Origin: an uncultured Actinomycetes bacterium
GTDB lineage: Bacteria > Actinomycetota > UBA4738 > HRBIN12
DNA length: 64,000 nt
Assembly (NCBI GenBank): GCA_963775755.1
Contig: CAVZKB010000010.1
Coordinates: 15,674 to 79,673 of the forward strand
Reading direction: 5' to 3'
Made by a program: the position numbers and the translations under genes. Under the pieces are notes generated by a model. The model saw nothing but the letters and a program-made list of their open reading frames with translations. It was not told the origin of the DNA and did no database searches. Positions within the stretch are counted from its first letter, which is position 1. Each line of letters starts with the position of its first letter. This document shows, piece by piece, positions 1 to 9,283 of the stretch.

Positions 1-212
1 CGCGCGAACCGCGCGATCGCGCCGGTCCGTAGATAGTCGCCATAGCTGAACCCGCCCGGCAGCACCACCGCGTCGACACCGTGGAGATCGGGGTCGGCAT
101 GCCAGAGCGACACCGGCTCGCCACCCATCGTCTCGACCGCCCGCAGCGCGTCGCGGTCGTCGAGCGAACCGGGGAACGTGATGACGCCGACCCGCGGGAT
201 GCCCGACGTCAC
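1..212 (-). CDS. purQ: phosphoribosylformylglycinamidine synthase I (glutaminase subunit PurQ), N-terminal part; gene continues beyond window start
   Basis: Minus-strand translation from GTG at 212: [70 protein letters not shown] = PurQ class-I amidotransferase N-terminus; immediately follows purS (conserved purS-purQ order). Confidence 0.8.
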   Translation of the reverse strand, partial: MTSGIPRVGVITFPGSLDDRDALRAVETMGGEPVSLWHADPDLHGVDAVVLPGGFSYGDYLRTGAIARFA

Positions 213-216
213 GGCC

Positions 217-471
217 TCATGCCTCCTCGGTCTCGAGGATCCGGTACTCCTCGATCACGGGGTTGGACAGCAGACGGGTCGCCATCTCGTCGACCTGCGC
301 CCGCGCCGCTGCCTCGTCGGCGGCTTCGACCTTCAACCGGATGTGCTTGCCGACGTGCACGTCGCGGACGTTGGACCAGCCGAGCGTCGGCAGCGCGCTC
401 TCGACCGCCTTGCCCTGCGGATCGGACAAGCCCGGCTTCAGCGTCACCAGCACCTCGAAGACGAACGTCAC
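217..471 (-). CDS. purS: phosphoribosylformylglycinamidine synthase subunit PurS
   Basis: 84-aa [35 protein letters not shown]...VGKHIRLKV typical PurS; 4-nt overlap with purC and with purQ start. Confidence 0.9.
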   Translation of the reverse strand: MTFVFEVLVTLKPGLSDPQGKAVESALPTLGWSNVRDVHVGKHIRLKVEAADEAAARAQVDEMATRLLSNPVIEEYRILETEEA

Positions 472-1367
472 ATGTGCTCCCGTAGGTCGGCGCCGGATGG
501 AACGCCCATCCGATCGCGGTAGCGCACGAACGGCTCGCCGGTCAGTCGTTCGTAGGCCTCACGGTAGCGGCCGGTCGTCTGCTCGACGACCTCGGGCGGG
601 AGCGCCGGCGCCGGCGGCTCGCGGTCCCATCCGGTCGCGTCCAGCCAGTCGCGGACGTACTGCTTGTCGAACGACGGCTGCGGTCCCCCGGGCGCGTACC
701 CGTCGACGGGCCAGAAGCGGGACGAGTCCGGGGTGCAGACCTCGTCCACCAGGATCAGCTCGCCGGCGCAGAAGCCGAACTCGAACTTCGTGTCGGCCAG
801 GATGATCCCGCGCTCCAGGGCGATCGCCGCGGCCCGCTCGTAGATCGTGAGCGTCAGCTCTCTGAGCCGCTCGGCGAGGCCGACGCCGACGAGATCGCGC
901 GCCTCATCGAGCGTGAGCGGCATGTCGTGACCGGCGGCGGCTTTCGTGGTGGGCGTGAAGATCGGCTCGGGCAGGCGATCGGACTCGACGAGTCCGGAGG
1001 GGAGTGCCACCCCGCAGATCGCGCGCTCCGCGGCGTACTGCTTCCATCCGGACCCGGAGAGGTAGCCGCGTGCGACGCACTCGACGGGAACGACGTCGGC
1101 ACGCTTGACGAGCATCGCGCGCCCCGGCAGATCGTCGCCGGAGTCCGGGGGCAGATCGGCCGGGTCCGCGCTCACCAGGTGGTTGCCCACCAGATCGCTC
1201 GTCCGCTCGAACCAGAACAGGGACAGCCCCGTGAGCACCCGGCCCTTGTCGGGGATCGGCGTCGGAAGCACCGCGTCGAAGGCGCTGATCCGGTCGGTCG
1301 CGACGATAAGCAGCCGGTCGGGACCCGCCTCGTAGACGTCGCGTACCTTCCCGCGCGCGTGCAACAC
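468..1367 (-). CDS. purC: phosphoribosylaminoimidazole-succinocarboxamide synthase (SAICAR synthetase)
   Basis: 299-aa ORF with GKVRDVYE...LLIVATDRISAFD...ILADTKFEFG motifs of PurC. Confidence 0.9.
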   Translation of the reverse strand: MLHARGKVRDVYEAGPDRLLIVATDRISAFDAVLPTPIPDKGRVLTGLSLFWFERTSDLVGNHLVSADPADLPPDSGDDLPGRAMLVKRADVVPVECVARGYLSGSGWKQYAAERAICGVALPSGLVESDRLPEPIFTPTTKAAAGHDMPLTLDEARDLVGVGLAERLRELTLTIYERAAAIALERGIILADTKFEFGFCAGELILVDEVCTPDSSRFWPVDGYAPGGPQPSFDKQYVRDWLDATGWDREPPAPALPPEVVEQTTGRYREAYERLTGEPFVRYRDRMGVPSGADLREHM

Positions 1368-1379
1368 CGCGATCGGCGC

Positions 1380-2690
1380 TCACGCCTCCTCCACCGGGAG
1401 CTTCTCCAACCGTTCGAAGACGCCGCCCAGGTTCGCCAGGTACGGCTCCACGAGGAACAACGCCGTGAACTCGTTCTCGTTCAGGACGCCGGAGTCGGCG
1501 ATCTCGTCCCACACCCGTTCCCTGAAATGCAGACCGCGCTCCCAGGTGTCGTTGGCGGCGCGCTGGACCGCCGCGTACGCCCGGTCGCGCGCCATCCCGT
1601 GATCGACGAGCGCCGTCAGCACCTTCTGGCTGAAGAAGAGCCCTCCTGTCGACTCCAGGTTGACGAACATCCGCTGGGGATCGACCCGGAGCCCGCCCAT
1701 CACCCACGCCATGTCGCTCAACATGAAATGCAGCAACCCCGTCGCGTCGGGAAGGATCACGCGCTCGGCGGACGAATGCGAGATGTCTCGTTCGTGCCAA
1801 AGAGGCATGTCCTCCAACGCCACCTGCGAGTAACCGCGGAGCACGCGCGCGAGCCCGCTGACGCGCTCGGAGACGACCGGGTTCCGCTTGTGTGGCATGG
1901 CGCTCGAACCCTTCTGTCCCTCGGCGAACGGCTCCTGCACCTCCCGGACCTCGGATCGCGCCAGATGCCGGATCTCGGTCGCGATGCGGTCCAGCGTCGA
2001 CGCGGTGATGGCGAGCGCGGACACGAACTCCGCGTGACGATCCCGTTGGATCACCTGGGTGCTGGCCTCTTCGGGGCGCAGGCCGAGTCTGGCGCAAACC
2101 AGTTGCTCGACCCGCGGATCCACGGCCGCATAGGTCCCGACGACGCCGCTGATCGCCCCGACGCTGACGGTCTCCCGCGCTCTGCGCAGGCGCTCGCGAT
2201 CGCGATCCAGCTCGAACGCCATCACCGCGAGCTTGTGTCCGAAGCTGGTCGGCTCGGCGTGGATCCCGTGCGACCGCCCGATCATGACGGTATCCCGGTG
2301 CTGCAGCGCGAGGCGCTTGACGATGCCGAGCAGCTTCTCGAGCCGTTCGAGCAGCAGGTCTGCGGCGGCGCGGAGTTGCAGCGCCAACCCGGTATCCAAC
2401 ACGTCCGAGGACGTCATCCCGAAGTGGACCCAGCGACCCTCCGGCCCGATCGAGTCGGCCACGACCTGGACGAACGCGGCGATGTCGTGACGCGTGACGG
2501 CTTCGACCTCGAGCACCCGTTCGACGGTGAACGACGCGCGTTCGCGGATCACGCGAGCGTCTTCCGGCGGGATCTTGCCGAGCTCCGACCACGCCTCGAC
2601 CGCCAGGACCTCGATCTCCAGCCAGTTCGCGAGACGGGCCTCGTCCGACCAGACGGCGGCCATCTCGGGAAGGCTGTAGCGAGGGATCAA
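1380..2690 (-). CDS. purB: adenylosuccinate lyase
   Basis: 436-aa ORF; YSLPEM..., fumarate-lyase signature GSSAMPHKRNP. Confidence 0.92.
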   Translation of the reverse strand: MIPRYSLPEMAAVWSDEARLANWLEIEVLAVEAWSELGKIPPEDARVIRERASFTVERVLEVEAVTRHDIAAFVQVVADSIGPEGRWVHFGMTSSDVLDTGLALQLRAAADLLLERLEKLLGIVKRLALQHRDTVMIGRSHGIHAEPTSFGHKLAVMAFELDRDRERLRRARETVSVGAISGVVGTYAAVDPRVEQLVCARLGLRPEEASTQVIQRDRHAEFVSALAITASTLDRIATEIRHLARSEVREVQEPFAEGQKGSSAMPHKRNPVVSERVSGLARVLRGYSQVALEDMPLWHERDISHSSAERVILPDATGLLHFMLSDMAWVMGGLRVDPQRMFVNLESTGGLFFSQKVLTALVDHGMARDRAYAAVQRAANDTWERGLHFRERVWDEIADSGVLNENEFTALFLVEPYLANLGGVFERLEKLPVEEA

Positions 2691-3163
2691 AGCTTGAGGC
2701 CCTCCCCCAGGTCGTCCTTGAACTTCCAGAGCGTCTTCTGCACCTCCGGATCGCCGATGGCGACGATCTCGGCGGCCAGCACCGCCGCATTCACGGCCGC
2801 GTCCACGCCCACCGTCGCGACCGGGACGCCGGTCGGCATCTGGGCGGTGATCGCGAGCGCCTCGTTCCCGACCATCTGCGGCGACGATGCGATGGGCACC
2901 CCGATCACCGGGAGGATCGTGCGGGCGGCGACGGCCGCGGCAAGATGCCCGGACATGCCGGTCGAACAGATCACGACGTTGAGGCCACGCTCGGATGCGG
3001 TCCGGGCGTACTCGTCCACCAGGTCGGGGTTCCTGGAGGAAGACATGATGCGGATCTCGTGCGGGACGCCGAACTTCTCGAGGATGAGGCCGGCCTGCCG
3101 CATGATCGGCAACTCGGATGGGGAGGCCGCCAGCACCCCGACCCTCGGCGTCTCTTCGATCAC
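2687..3163 (-). CDS. purE: PurE-like protein (N5-CAIR mutase / AIR carboxylase family), divergent motifs
   Basis: 158-aa ORF alignable over full length to PurE (GVPHEIRIMS...PVIGVPI...MPTGVPVATVG), sitting between purB and purD with ATGA-type overlaps; canonical SAHRTP appears as SSSRNP and GSxSD as ASPSE. Confidence 0.7.
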   Translation of the reverse strand: MIEETPRVGVLAASPSELPIMRQAGLILEKFGVPHEIRIMSSSRNPDLVDEYARTASERGLNVVICSTGMSGHLAAAVAARTILPVIGVPIASSPQMVGNEALAITAQMPTGVPVATVGVDAAVNAAVLAAEIVAIGDPEVQKTLWKFKDDLGEGLKL

Positions 3164-4440
3164 CTCGACTCCTCTTCCGCCGCTGCTTCGGCGATGTCGT
3201 GTCGGTACTGCATCCCGTCGAACGAGAGACGGCCGCAGGCCTCGTACGCGCGGGTGCGCGCCTCGCCGAGCGTCGGTCCGAGGGCGCTGACCGCCAACAC
3301 CCGTCCTCCGGCGGTGACCACTCTACCGTTCAGCTCGGTTGTCCCGGCGTGGAACACGGAAACGGACTCCACCGCAGCGGCTTCCGGCAACCCGAGGATC
3401 TCCGTACCCGTTGCGTACGCCCCCGGATACCCCTGGGAAGCGAGCACCACGGTGACGGCGGCGTCGTCGAGCCAGTCGACCTTCGCGTCGGCGAGCCCGT
3501 CCGTCGCGCAGGCCAACAGCAACTCGGCCAGGTCGGTTCGGAGGCGCGGGATCACCACCTCCGTTTCCGGGTCGCCGAACCGGCAGTTGAACTCGACCAC
3601 CTTAGGCCCGTCCGCCGTCAGCATGAGACCGGCGTACAGGACGCCGCGGTACCCCGGGCCCTCCTCACGGAGCGCCTCGAACGTGGGGATGACGGCCTCC
3701 TCCCAGATCCGTCGCTGCATCTCCTCGCCGACGGACGGGACGGGCGAGTACGCGCCCATGCCGCCGGTGTTGGGTCCCGAGTCGCCGTCGCCGATCCGCT
3801 TGAAGTCTTGGCTCAGCTCGAACGGGACCAGCGTGGTCGCATCGCACAGCGCGAACGCCGAGACCTCGGGTCCTTGCATGACCTCCTCCACCAGGACGGT
3901 CGTCCCCGCCTCGCCGAACGCACCCCGGACGAGCGCGTCCTCCAACGCCGCCAGCGCCTGCGAACGGTCCGCGGCGACCGTCACCCCCTTCCCGGCGGCG
4001 AGCCCGTCGGCTTTGACGACCGCGCGACCGCCGAGCTCGTCGACGAACGCGATCGCGGGCTCGAGCGCGGTGAACGCGCTCGCGCGAGCCGTCGGGATCC
4101 CGTGGCGGAGCATCAGGTCCTTCGCCCACGCCTTCGAGCCCTCGATCCGCGCGGAGGCGGCGGAGGGGCCGAACACGATGCGTCCTCGCGCGGTGAGTTC
4201 GTCGGCCAGGCCGGCCACGAGCGGCGCCTCCGGCCCGACGACGGTGAGGTCGATCTGTTCGCGTTCGACGAGATCCGTGATCCCCGGGATGTCCTCTGCC
4301 TTCACGGGGACGCATGTGGCGACGGCCGCGATGCCCGCGTTCCCGGGTGCGACCAACAGCTCGTCGACCAACGGACTCTGCGCCAGCCGCCACGCGAGGG
4401 CGTGCTCACGACCGCCCCCGCCGACGACGAGGACCTTCAT
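3160..4440 (-). CDS. purD: phosphoribosylamine--glycine ligase (GAR synthetase)
   Basis: True start MKVLVVGGGGREHALAW at 4440 (ATGA overlap with purA stop); ATP-grasp motifs; the longer ORF to 4797 is an upstream extension into purA. Confidence 0.9.
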   Translation of the reverse strand: MKVLVVGGGGREHALAWRLAQSPLVDELLVAPGNAGIAAVATCVPVKAEDIPGITDLVEREQIDLTVVGPEAPLVAGLADELTARGRIVFGPSAASARIEGSKAWAKDLMLRHGIPTARASAFTALEPAIAFVDELGGRAVVKADGLAAGKGVTVAADRSQALAALEDALVRGAFGEAGTTVLVEEVMQGPEVSAFALCDATTLVPFELSQDFKRIGDGDSGPNTGGMGAYSPVPSVGEEMQRRIWEEAVIPTFEALREEGPGYRGVLYAGLMLTADGPKVVEFNCRFGDPETEVVIPRLRTDLAELLLACATDGLADAKVDWLDDAAVTVVLASQGYPGAYATGTEILGLPEAAAVESVSVFHAGTTELNGRVVTAGGRVLAVSALGPTLGEARTRAYEACGRLSFDGMQYRHDIAEAAAEEESR

Positions 4441-5711
4441 CCGACCGGCAGGCTCTGTTCGCGCGCGGGACCGATCGAGACGACCGAAACCGGGACCCCG
4501 ACCAGCTCCTCCAGCCGATGCACGTACGCGCGCGCCTCCTTCGGGAGGTCTTCGAACGAGGTTGCCTCGTCGATCTCCTCCATCCAGCCATCCAGCTCCT
4601 CGTACACGGGCTCGGCCTTGTGGAAGAGCGACTGGTGGGGCGGGAAGTCCTCGTAGAGCTGGCCCTCCGCGCGGTACCCGGTGCAGATCCGGACCCTCTC
4701 GAACCCCGACAGCACGTCGAGCTTGGTCACGAACAGCTCGGTCAGGCCGTTCAGCCGGGCGGCGTAGCGCCCGAGCACGGCGTCGAACCACCCGCACCGG
4801 CGCTTGCGGCCCGTGACCGTGCCGAACTCGTTGCCCCGCACGCCCAGTCGGTCACCCGCCTCCTCGACGTCCTCCGTGGGGAACGGACCGGCGCCCACGC
4901 GCGTGACGTAGGCCTTGACGATGCCGATGACCCGGTCGACCTCCTTCGGGCCGATGCCGGCCGACGCCAGGGCGTATCCGGCGACGGGGTTCGACGATGT
5001 GACGAACGGATACGTCCCGTGGTCGAGGTCGAGCAGCGTGCCCTGGGCGCCCTCGAGCATCACGTGCTTGCCGTCCTGGAGGCCCCTGTGGAGCAGCGCC
5101 CCGGTGTCGGCGACGTGGGGCTCGAGCTGCGAGGCCAGCTCCATGTACTCCTCCACGATCCGGTCCGCGTCGAGCGGCAACCGGTTGTAGATCTTCGTAA
5201 GGATCAGGTTCTTCTCGCGCAGGACGACATCCAGCTTCTCGCGGAAGATCTTCGCGTCGAAGAGGTCCTGCACCCGCAGGCCGATCCGCGCGGCCTTGTC
5301 GCCGTAAGCCGGCCCGATACCACGCTTCGTGGTCCCGAGCGCGTTCTTGCCCAGGAACCGCTCGGTCACCTTCTCGAGTTCCAGGTGATACGGCATGATC
5401 AGGTGCGCGTTCCCGGACACGACCAGACGCGACACGTCGATCCCCAAGGCACGGAGCTCGGTCATCTCCTTGATCAGGTGCCGTGGATCCACGACCACGC
5501 CGCCGGCGATCACGGACGTGATGTGGTCGTAGAGGATGCCCGAGGGGATGAGCTGGAGCTTCAGCAGGCGCCCCTCGGCGATCACCGTGTGGCCCGCGTT
5601 ATTGCCGCCTTGATAGCGGACGACGAAGTCCATCCGGTCGGCGAGGTAGTCGACCGCCTTGCCCTTGCCCTCGTCCCCCCACTGGGTCCCGAGCACGATC
5701 GAGGCAGGCAT
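4437..5711 (-). CDS. purA: adenylosuccinate synthetase
   Basis: 424-aa ORF; QWGDEGKGK P-loop, GGNNAGHTV, TKLDVL motifs. Confidence 0.93.
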   Translation of the reverse strand: MPASIVLGTQWGDEGKGKAVDYLADRMDFVVRYQGGNNAGHTVIAEGRLLKLQLIPSGILYDHITSVIAGGVVVDPRHLIKEMTELRALGIDVSRLVVSGNAHLIMPYHLELEKVTERFLGKNALGTTKRGIGPAYGDKAARIGLRVQDLFDAKIFREKLDVVLREKNLILTKIYNRLPLDADRIVEEYMELASQLEPHVADTGALLHRGLQDGKHVMLEGAQGTLLDLDHGTYPFVTSSNPVAGYALASAGIGPKEVDRVIGIVKAYVTRVGAGPFPTEDVEEAGDRLGVRGNEFGTVTGRKRRCGWFDAVLGRYAARLNGLTELFVTKLDVLSGFERVRICTGYRAEGQLYEDFPPHQSLFHKAEPVYEELDGWMEEIDEATSFEDLPKEARAYVHRLEELVGVPVSVVSIGPAREQSLPVG

Positions 5712-5798
5712 GGCGTACCTCAGTCTAGAGGACGCCGAGCCCGCTCCGGTGACGCACCTCGGATCAGACCGAAGTCGTGGTGATCGTCGAAGGCTGAG

Positions 5799-6002
5799 CT
5801 ACCGCTCGATACGGAAGCGGATGCTCACGTGCGTGTGGTACTCGGCGATCTGAGCATCGACGACCTTCGCGCTCGTCTCGATGACGTCCATGCTCTCGAT
5901 GCCGCGGATCGTCTTCGCGGCCTCGGCCAGCGCCTGTTGCGCGGCGTCGCGCCACGACGTCTCTGAAACACCCACCAGGTCGATCGTCTTGATGACGGAC
6001 AA
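5799..6002 (-). CDS. dodecin family protein (small flavin-binding protein)
   Basis: 67-aa ORF from TTG at 6002 with GGGAGG 6 nt upstream: LSVIKTIDLVGVSETSWRDAAQQALAEAAKTIRGIESMDVIETSAKVVDAQIAEYHTHVSIRF resembles dodecin/DUF1458; the longer ORF 5799..6266 is an extension overlapping the upstream gene. Confidence 0.6.
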   Translation of the reverse strand: MSVIKTIDLVGVSETSWRDAAQQALAEAAKTIRGIESMDVIETSAKVVDAQIAEYHTHVSIRFRIER

Positions 6003-6013
6003 CTGTGCCTCCC

Positions 6014-6943
6014 TCAGCTCGCTTGCGCCTTGTAGACCTGTATGAACCGCGCGTAGTTGGCCCCGATCTCGCGGGCGGCCGCGTCTCGAGCCAATGCCCC
6101 GTCGACGAACGCCTTCAGCGGGTTCCACCAGATCGAACGCCCGATCGCGAACCCCTGATACCCGGGAACGCTGCTGGCGGTCTGAAGCCATCGGTCGACC
6201 GCCGCCGGGTCCGCGCCGCGACCGAGTACGACGCACGCGACGTGATCGCGTCCGGCCATCCGGCATTGCTCGACGACAGCCTCACAGTCCTCCTTCGAAT
6301 CGATCCCCTCGATCTTCCAGACGTCGGGTTCGATACCGGACTCCTGCAGCTGGGAGATCGCGAGCCGCATGAGGTGCGGCCGGAGCTCGGTGTCGAATCG
6401 CGCCGCGTCGCCGCCTATGGACTCGAGCTGCAGCGGCTCGGCCGGGACCAGCAGCTCGAAGAGGAACTTGCGCTCGTGATGATGCAGCCAATCGGAGAGT
6501 TGCTTCAAACGCTCCGCCTGGCGGGCGTTCAACGCGCCGTCGCCCTCCGGATTGAAGCGGACGAGCACTTTGCTGAACGTGGGATCGAAGTGCTCGATGT
6601 GCTCGGCGAACGCGTCGCCGTAGTCGAACTCGAACTCGTCCTGGGACGACTTCTCGACCGGCATCGCGAGCACCAGGTGCTCCTGCGCGGCCCGTTTCGC
6701 GATCTCGCCGCCGAACTGCTCGTCCACCAAGATGCCGGCGGCGACACGATCCACCCCGCCTTCGAGCGCCGCCTGGAACCCTTCGTAGACCACCGTCTTG
6801 GCGTCGGAGATGCGGAGCGCGTCCGCCGGGGACGGTGTGCCCTCGATCCCGAAGAACTTCTTCACGAACGATCCTCGGTGGTCGAACGCCAGGATGAAGA
6901 GATCGCCGTCGTAGCCGAGTCCGATCATCCCGATCCCTCCCAC
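6014..6943 (-). CDS. class I aldolase-like protein (DUF2090 / LacD-tagatose-bisphosphate aldolase-like)
   Basis: 309-aa ORF; ILAFDHRGSF near N-terminus and overall pattern resemble DUF2090/IolC-C-terminal aldolase family; assignment from recalled motifs only. Confidence 0.5.
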   Translation of the reverse strand: MGGIGMIGLGYDGDLFILAFDHRGSFVKKFFGIEGTPSPADALRISDAKTVVYEGFQAALEGGVDRVAAGILVDEQFGGEIAKRAAQEHLVLAMPVEKSSQDEFEFDYGDAFAEHIEHFDPTFSKVLVRFNPEGDGALNARQAERLKQLSDWLHHHERKFLFELLVPAEPLQLESIGGDAARFDTELRPHLMRLAISQLQESGIEPDVWKIEGIDSKEDCEAVVEQCRMAGRDHVACVVLGRGADPAAVDRWLQTASSVPGYQGFAIGRSIWWNPLKAFVDGALARDAAAREIGANYARFIQVYKAQAS

Positions 6944-6958
6944 TCGTCCCTGAGGATG

Positions 6959-7282
6959 CTAGCCGCTCTCGGACCGGGACCAACGCTCCTGGGAGGCGGT
7001 TCTGCGATCTTCGTCCATGGATTCGGCGGTTCGCCGGAGCCCGGCCGACGTCAGGTCCATCACGATGACGGCCGCGCCCGCGAGCGCACCTACGCGCACG
7101 GCCAAGGCCCCGACGAGCGCGCGACAGCTGGACGCGACCGCGAGCACGTCGTGCTCCGGACACGACCCGGCGGCGAACGCCCGGGCGCCGAGCCACACAC
7201 CCACGCCGACGACCACGGCCGCCGCGAACAGCGATCTCAGGTGGATGGATCGACGGTCGCGTCCCGAAGTCGTGGCGATCAT
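6959..7282 (-). CDS. hypothetical small membrane protein (2 predicted TM segments)
   Basis: 107-aa ORF MIATTSGRDRRSIHLRSLFAAAVVVGVGVWLGA...ALVGALAVRVGALAGAAVIV; ATGA start/stop overlap with upstream MBL gene suggests translational coupling; could still be a high-GC artefact. Confidence 0.3.
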   Translation of the reverse strand: MIATTSGRDRRSIHLRSLFAAAVVVGVGVWLGARAFAAGSCPEHDVLAVASSCRALVGALAVRVGALAGAAVIVMDLTSAGLRRTAESMDEDRRTASQERWSRSESG

Positions 7283-7923
7283 TCCAGCTCGAACGGGTTC
7301 TCTGGGGTCATGATCTGCACGGCGACCGGCGCGGCGAGCTCGCGGAAGCGCGCGCCGTCGTTCGGCGAACCGACGATGAAGCCGTAGTGCATGGGCACCG
7401 CGAGCCCGGGCGCCATCGACTTCGCGAGCCCGGCCGCCTCCGGCACGTCCATCGTGTACGTACCGCCGATCGGGAGGAACGCCACGTCGGTCTTCACGTC
7501 CTCGAGCTCCGGGACGTGGTCGGTGTCGCCGGCGTGGTAGTACGAGCCGCCGGGAAGCTCGAGCACGTACCCGACCCACCGGTTCGCCTTCGGGTGCATC
7601 TGCAAGCGCTCCTCGGCCGTGTTGTAGGCGGGCACCGTGGTGAACTTCACGCCCGCGACCTCGTGTGATTCGTCAGGTGCGACCGGGGTCACGTCACCCG
7701 ACAGAGCGGCCGCGACGTCATGCGGGGCGACGATCTTGGCTCCCGCCGAGGAAAGACGCGCGATCTCGTCTGGCCGCAGGTGATCATCGTGGGCGTGCGT
7801 GATCAGGATCAGGTCGGCCTGCGGCGCGGCCTCGTCCGTCCCCCAGGGATCGATGTAGACGGTCCGCTCGCCATCGGTGAACCTGAGCGCGGACTGTCGG
7901 TACCACGTGATGCCTTCGAGCAC
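7279..7923 (-). CDS. MBL-fold metallo-hydrolase
   Basis: 214-aa ORF with HAHDDH (HxHxDH) zinc-binding motif and downstream H/D ligands. Confidence 0.8.
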   Translation of the reverse strand: MLEGITWYRQSALRFTDGERTVYIDPWGTDEAAPQADLILITHAHDDHLRPDEIARLSSAGAKIVAPHDVAAALSGDVTPVAPDESHEVAGVKFTTVPAYNTAEERLQMHPKANRWVGYVLELPGGSYYHAGDTDHVPELEDVKTDVAFLPIGGTYTMDVPEAAGLAKSMAPGLAVPMHYGFIVGSPNDGARFRELAAPVAVQIMTPENPFELE

Positions 7924-7963
7924 GGCGGCCTCCTCGATCGTCTCAACGGTAGTCTGGCAAATC

Positions 7964-9280
7964 GTGGCCGAGAAGGGATCTCCCGAGGGCGGCGTACGAG
8001 CGAGCGTCTCGCTCCTGCGGCGGAACCGCGACTTCCGCCGAGCCTACCTCTCCAGCCTGATCTCGCTCGGCGGTGATTGGTTCCTGCTGGTCGCACTGTT
8101 CGGGCTGGTGCTCGACCGCACCGACTCCGCGCTCGCCGTGGCGTTCCTGCTCGCGGCCCAGGACCTGACGTACTTCTTCGTGTCGCCGGTGATGGGGATC
8201 CTGGCAGATCGGTTGAACCGCAAGCACGTCATGGTGACGGCCGACGTCGGCAGGACCGTGCTCTGCGTAGGGTTCCTTTTCGCGCAGACCGAGAGCACGT
8301 GGTGGATCGTGTACCCGTTGCTGGCCGCGATGGCGTGCTTCAGCGCGGCGTTCGAGCCGGCCTCGGCCGCAGCGCTCCCCAACCTGGTCGACGGCGATGA
8401 CCTCGCCACCGCCAACGCTTTGAGCGGGTCGCTCTGGGGAACGATGCTGACGGTAGGAGCCGCGCTCGGCGGCGTCGTGACCGCCGCGCTCGGCCGCGAC
8501 GCGGCGATCGCGATCGACGCGGTCTCGTTCGTGGGGTCGGCGCTCCTCATCATCCGGATCGAACGCTCCTTCCAGGAGGCTCGGATCGAGGAGGCGCCGG
8601 CGCGCGTCCTCGAGGCTGCGAAAGAGACGGTGCAGTACGCGCGCCGGGACCACCGCGTGTTCGCGCTCCTCGCGGTGAAGTTCGGCTGGGGCCTTGCCGG
8701 TGGGGTGCTCGTCCTCGTGCCGCTCCTAGCGGAACGGAAGTTCCACGCCGGGGAAATGGGGATCGGCCTGCTGCTGGCCGCCCGCGGGCTGGGCGCCTTG
8801 ATCGGTCCGTTCGTCGGCCGGGCGGCGCTGGGTGAGAACGACCGGCGGCTGTTCCTCACGATCGGACTCGCGTTGGGAGTGTTCGGCGCCGGCTACGTGC
8901 TCCTCGGCCTGGCCCCGGGACTGTGGCTGGCGTTACCGGCGATCATGATCGCGCACACGGGCGGAGGCTCGCAGTGGATGCTCTCCTCCTACGGCCTGCA
9001 GAAGATCGTCCCCGACCACATCCGCGGGCGGATCTTCGCGTTCGACGGCATGCTCGTGACCCTCACGTTCGGCGCCTCGAGCCTGCTCACCGGATGGTTG
9101 GCGGAGACCCTCCACAACCCGCAGCTGACCGCGGTCGTGATGGGCGGAGTTGCCGTGGTCTGGGCCGCCGTGTGGATGCTGCTGACGACCGACGTCCGCC
9201 GCGCCACGCTCATCGACGGTTGCGGCGGACCGCCCCCCGAGGCGTTCGAGGTCGCCGGCTCCCCGGCGCTCGCCGACTGA
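7964..9280 (+). CDS. MFS transporter (EntS/DHA3-like)
   Basis: 12-TM-like hydrophobic profile; N-terminal LLRRNRDFRRAYLSSLISLGGDWF motif of MFS_3; probable GTG start at 7964 (ORF opens at 7877 inside the divergent MBL gene). Confidence 0.75.
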   Translation: MAEKGSPEGGVRASVSLLRRNRDFRRAYLSSLISLGGDWFLLVALFGLVLDRTDSALAVAFLLAAQDLTYFFVSPVMGILADRLNRKHVMVTADVGRTVLCVGFLFAQTESTWWIVYPLLAAMACFSAAFEPASAAALPNLVDGDDLATANALSGSLWGTMLTVGAALGGVVTAALGRDAAIAIDAVSFVGSALLIIRIERSFQEARIEEAPARVLEAAKETVQYARRDHRVFALLAVKFGWGLAGGVLVLVPLLAERKFHAGEMGIGLLLAARGLGALIGPFVGRAALGENDRRLFLTIGLALGVFGAGYVLLGLAPGLWLALPAIMIAHTGGGSQWMLSSYGLQKIVPDHIRGRIFAFDGMLVTLTFGASSLLTGWLAETLHNPQLTAVVMGGVAVVWAAVWMLLTTDVRRATLIDGCGGPPPEAFEVAGSPALAD

Positions 9281-9283
9281 GCC

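Noticed and set aside
904-3290. Very long ORFs (628 aa and 787 aa) antisense to purC/purB/purE
   Set aside because: Arg/Gly/Pro/Ala-rich low-complexity translations typical of stop-codon-poor high-GC DNA; the opposite strand encodes clearly conserved Pur enzymes
6282-7196. 304-aa ORF overlapping the aldolase and small-membrane genes
   Set aside because: Arg/Gly-rich artefactual frame antisense/out of frame to supported genes
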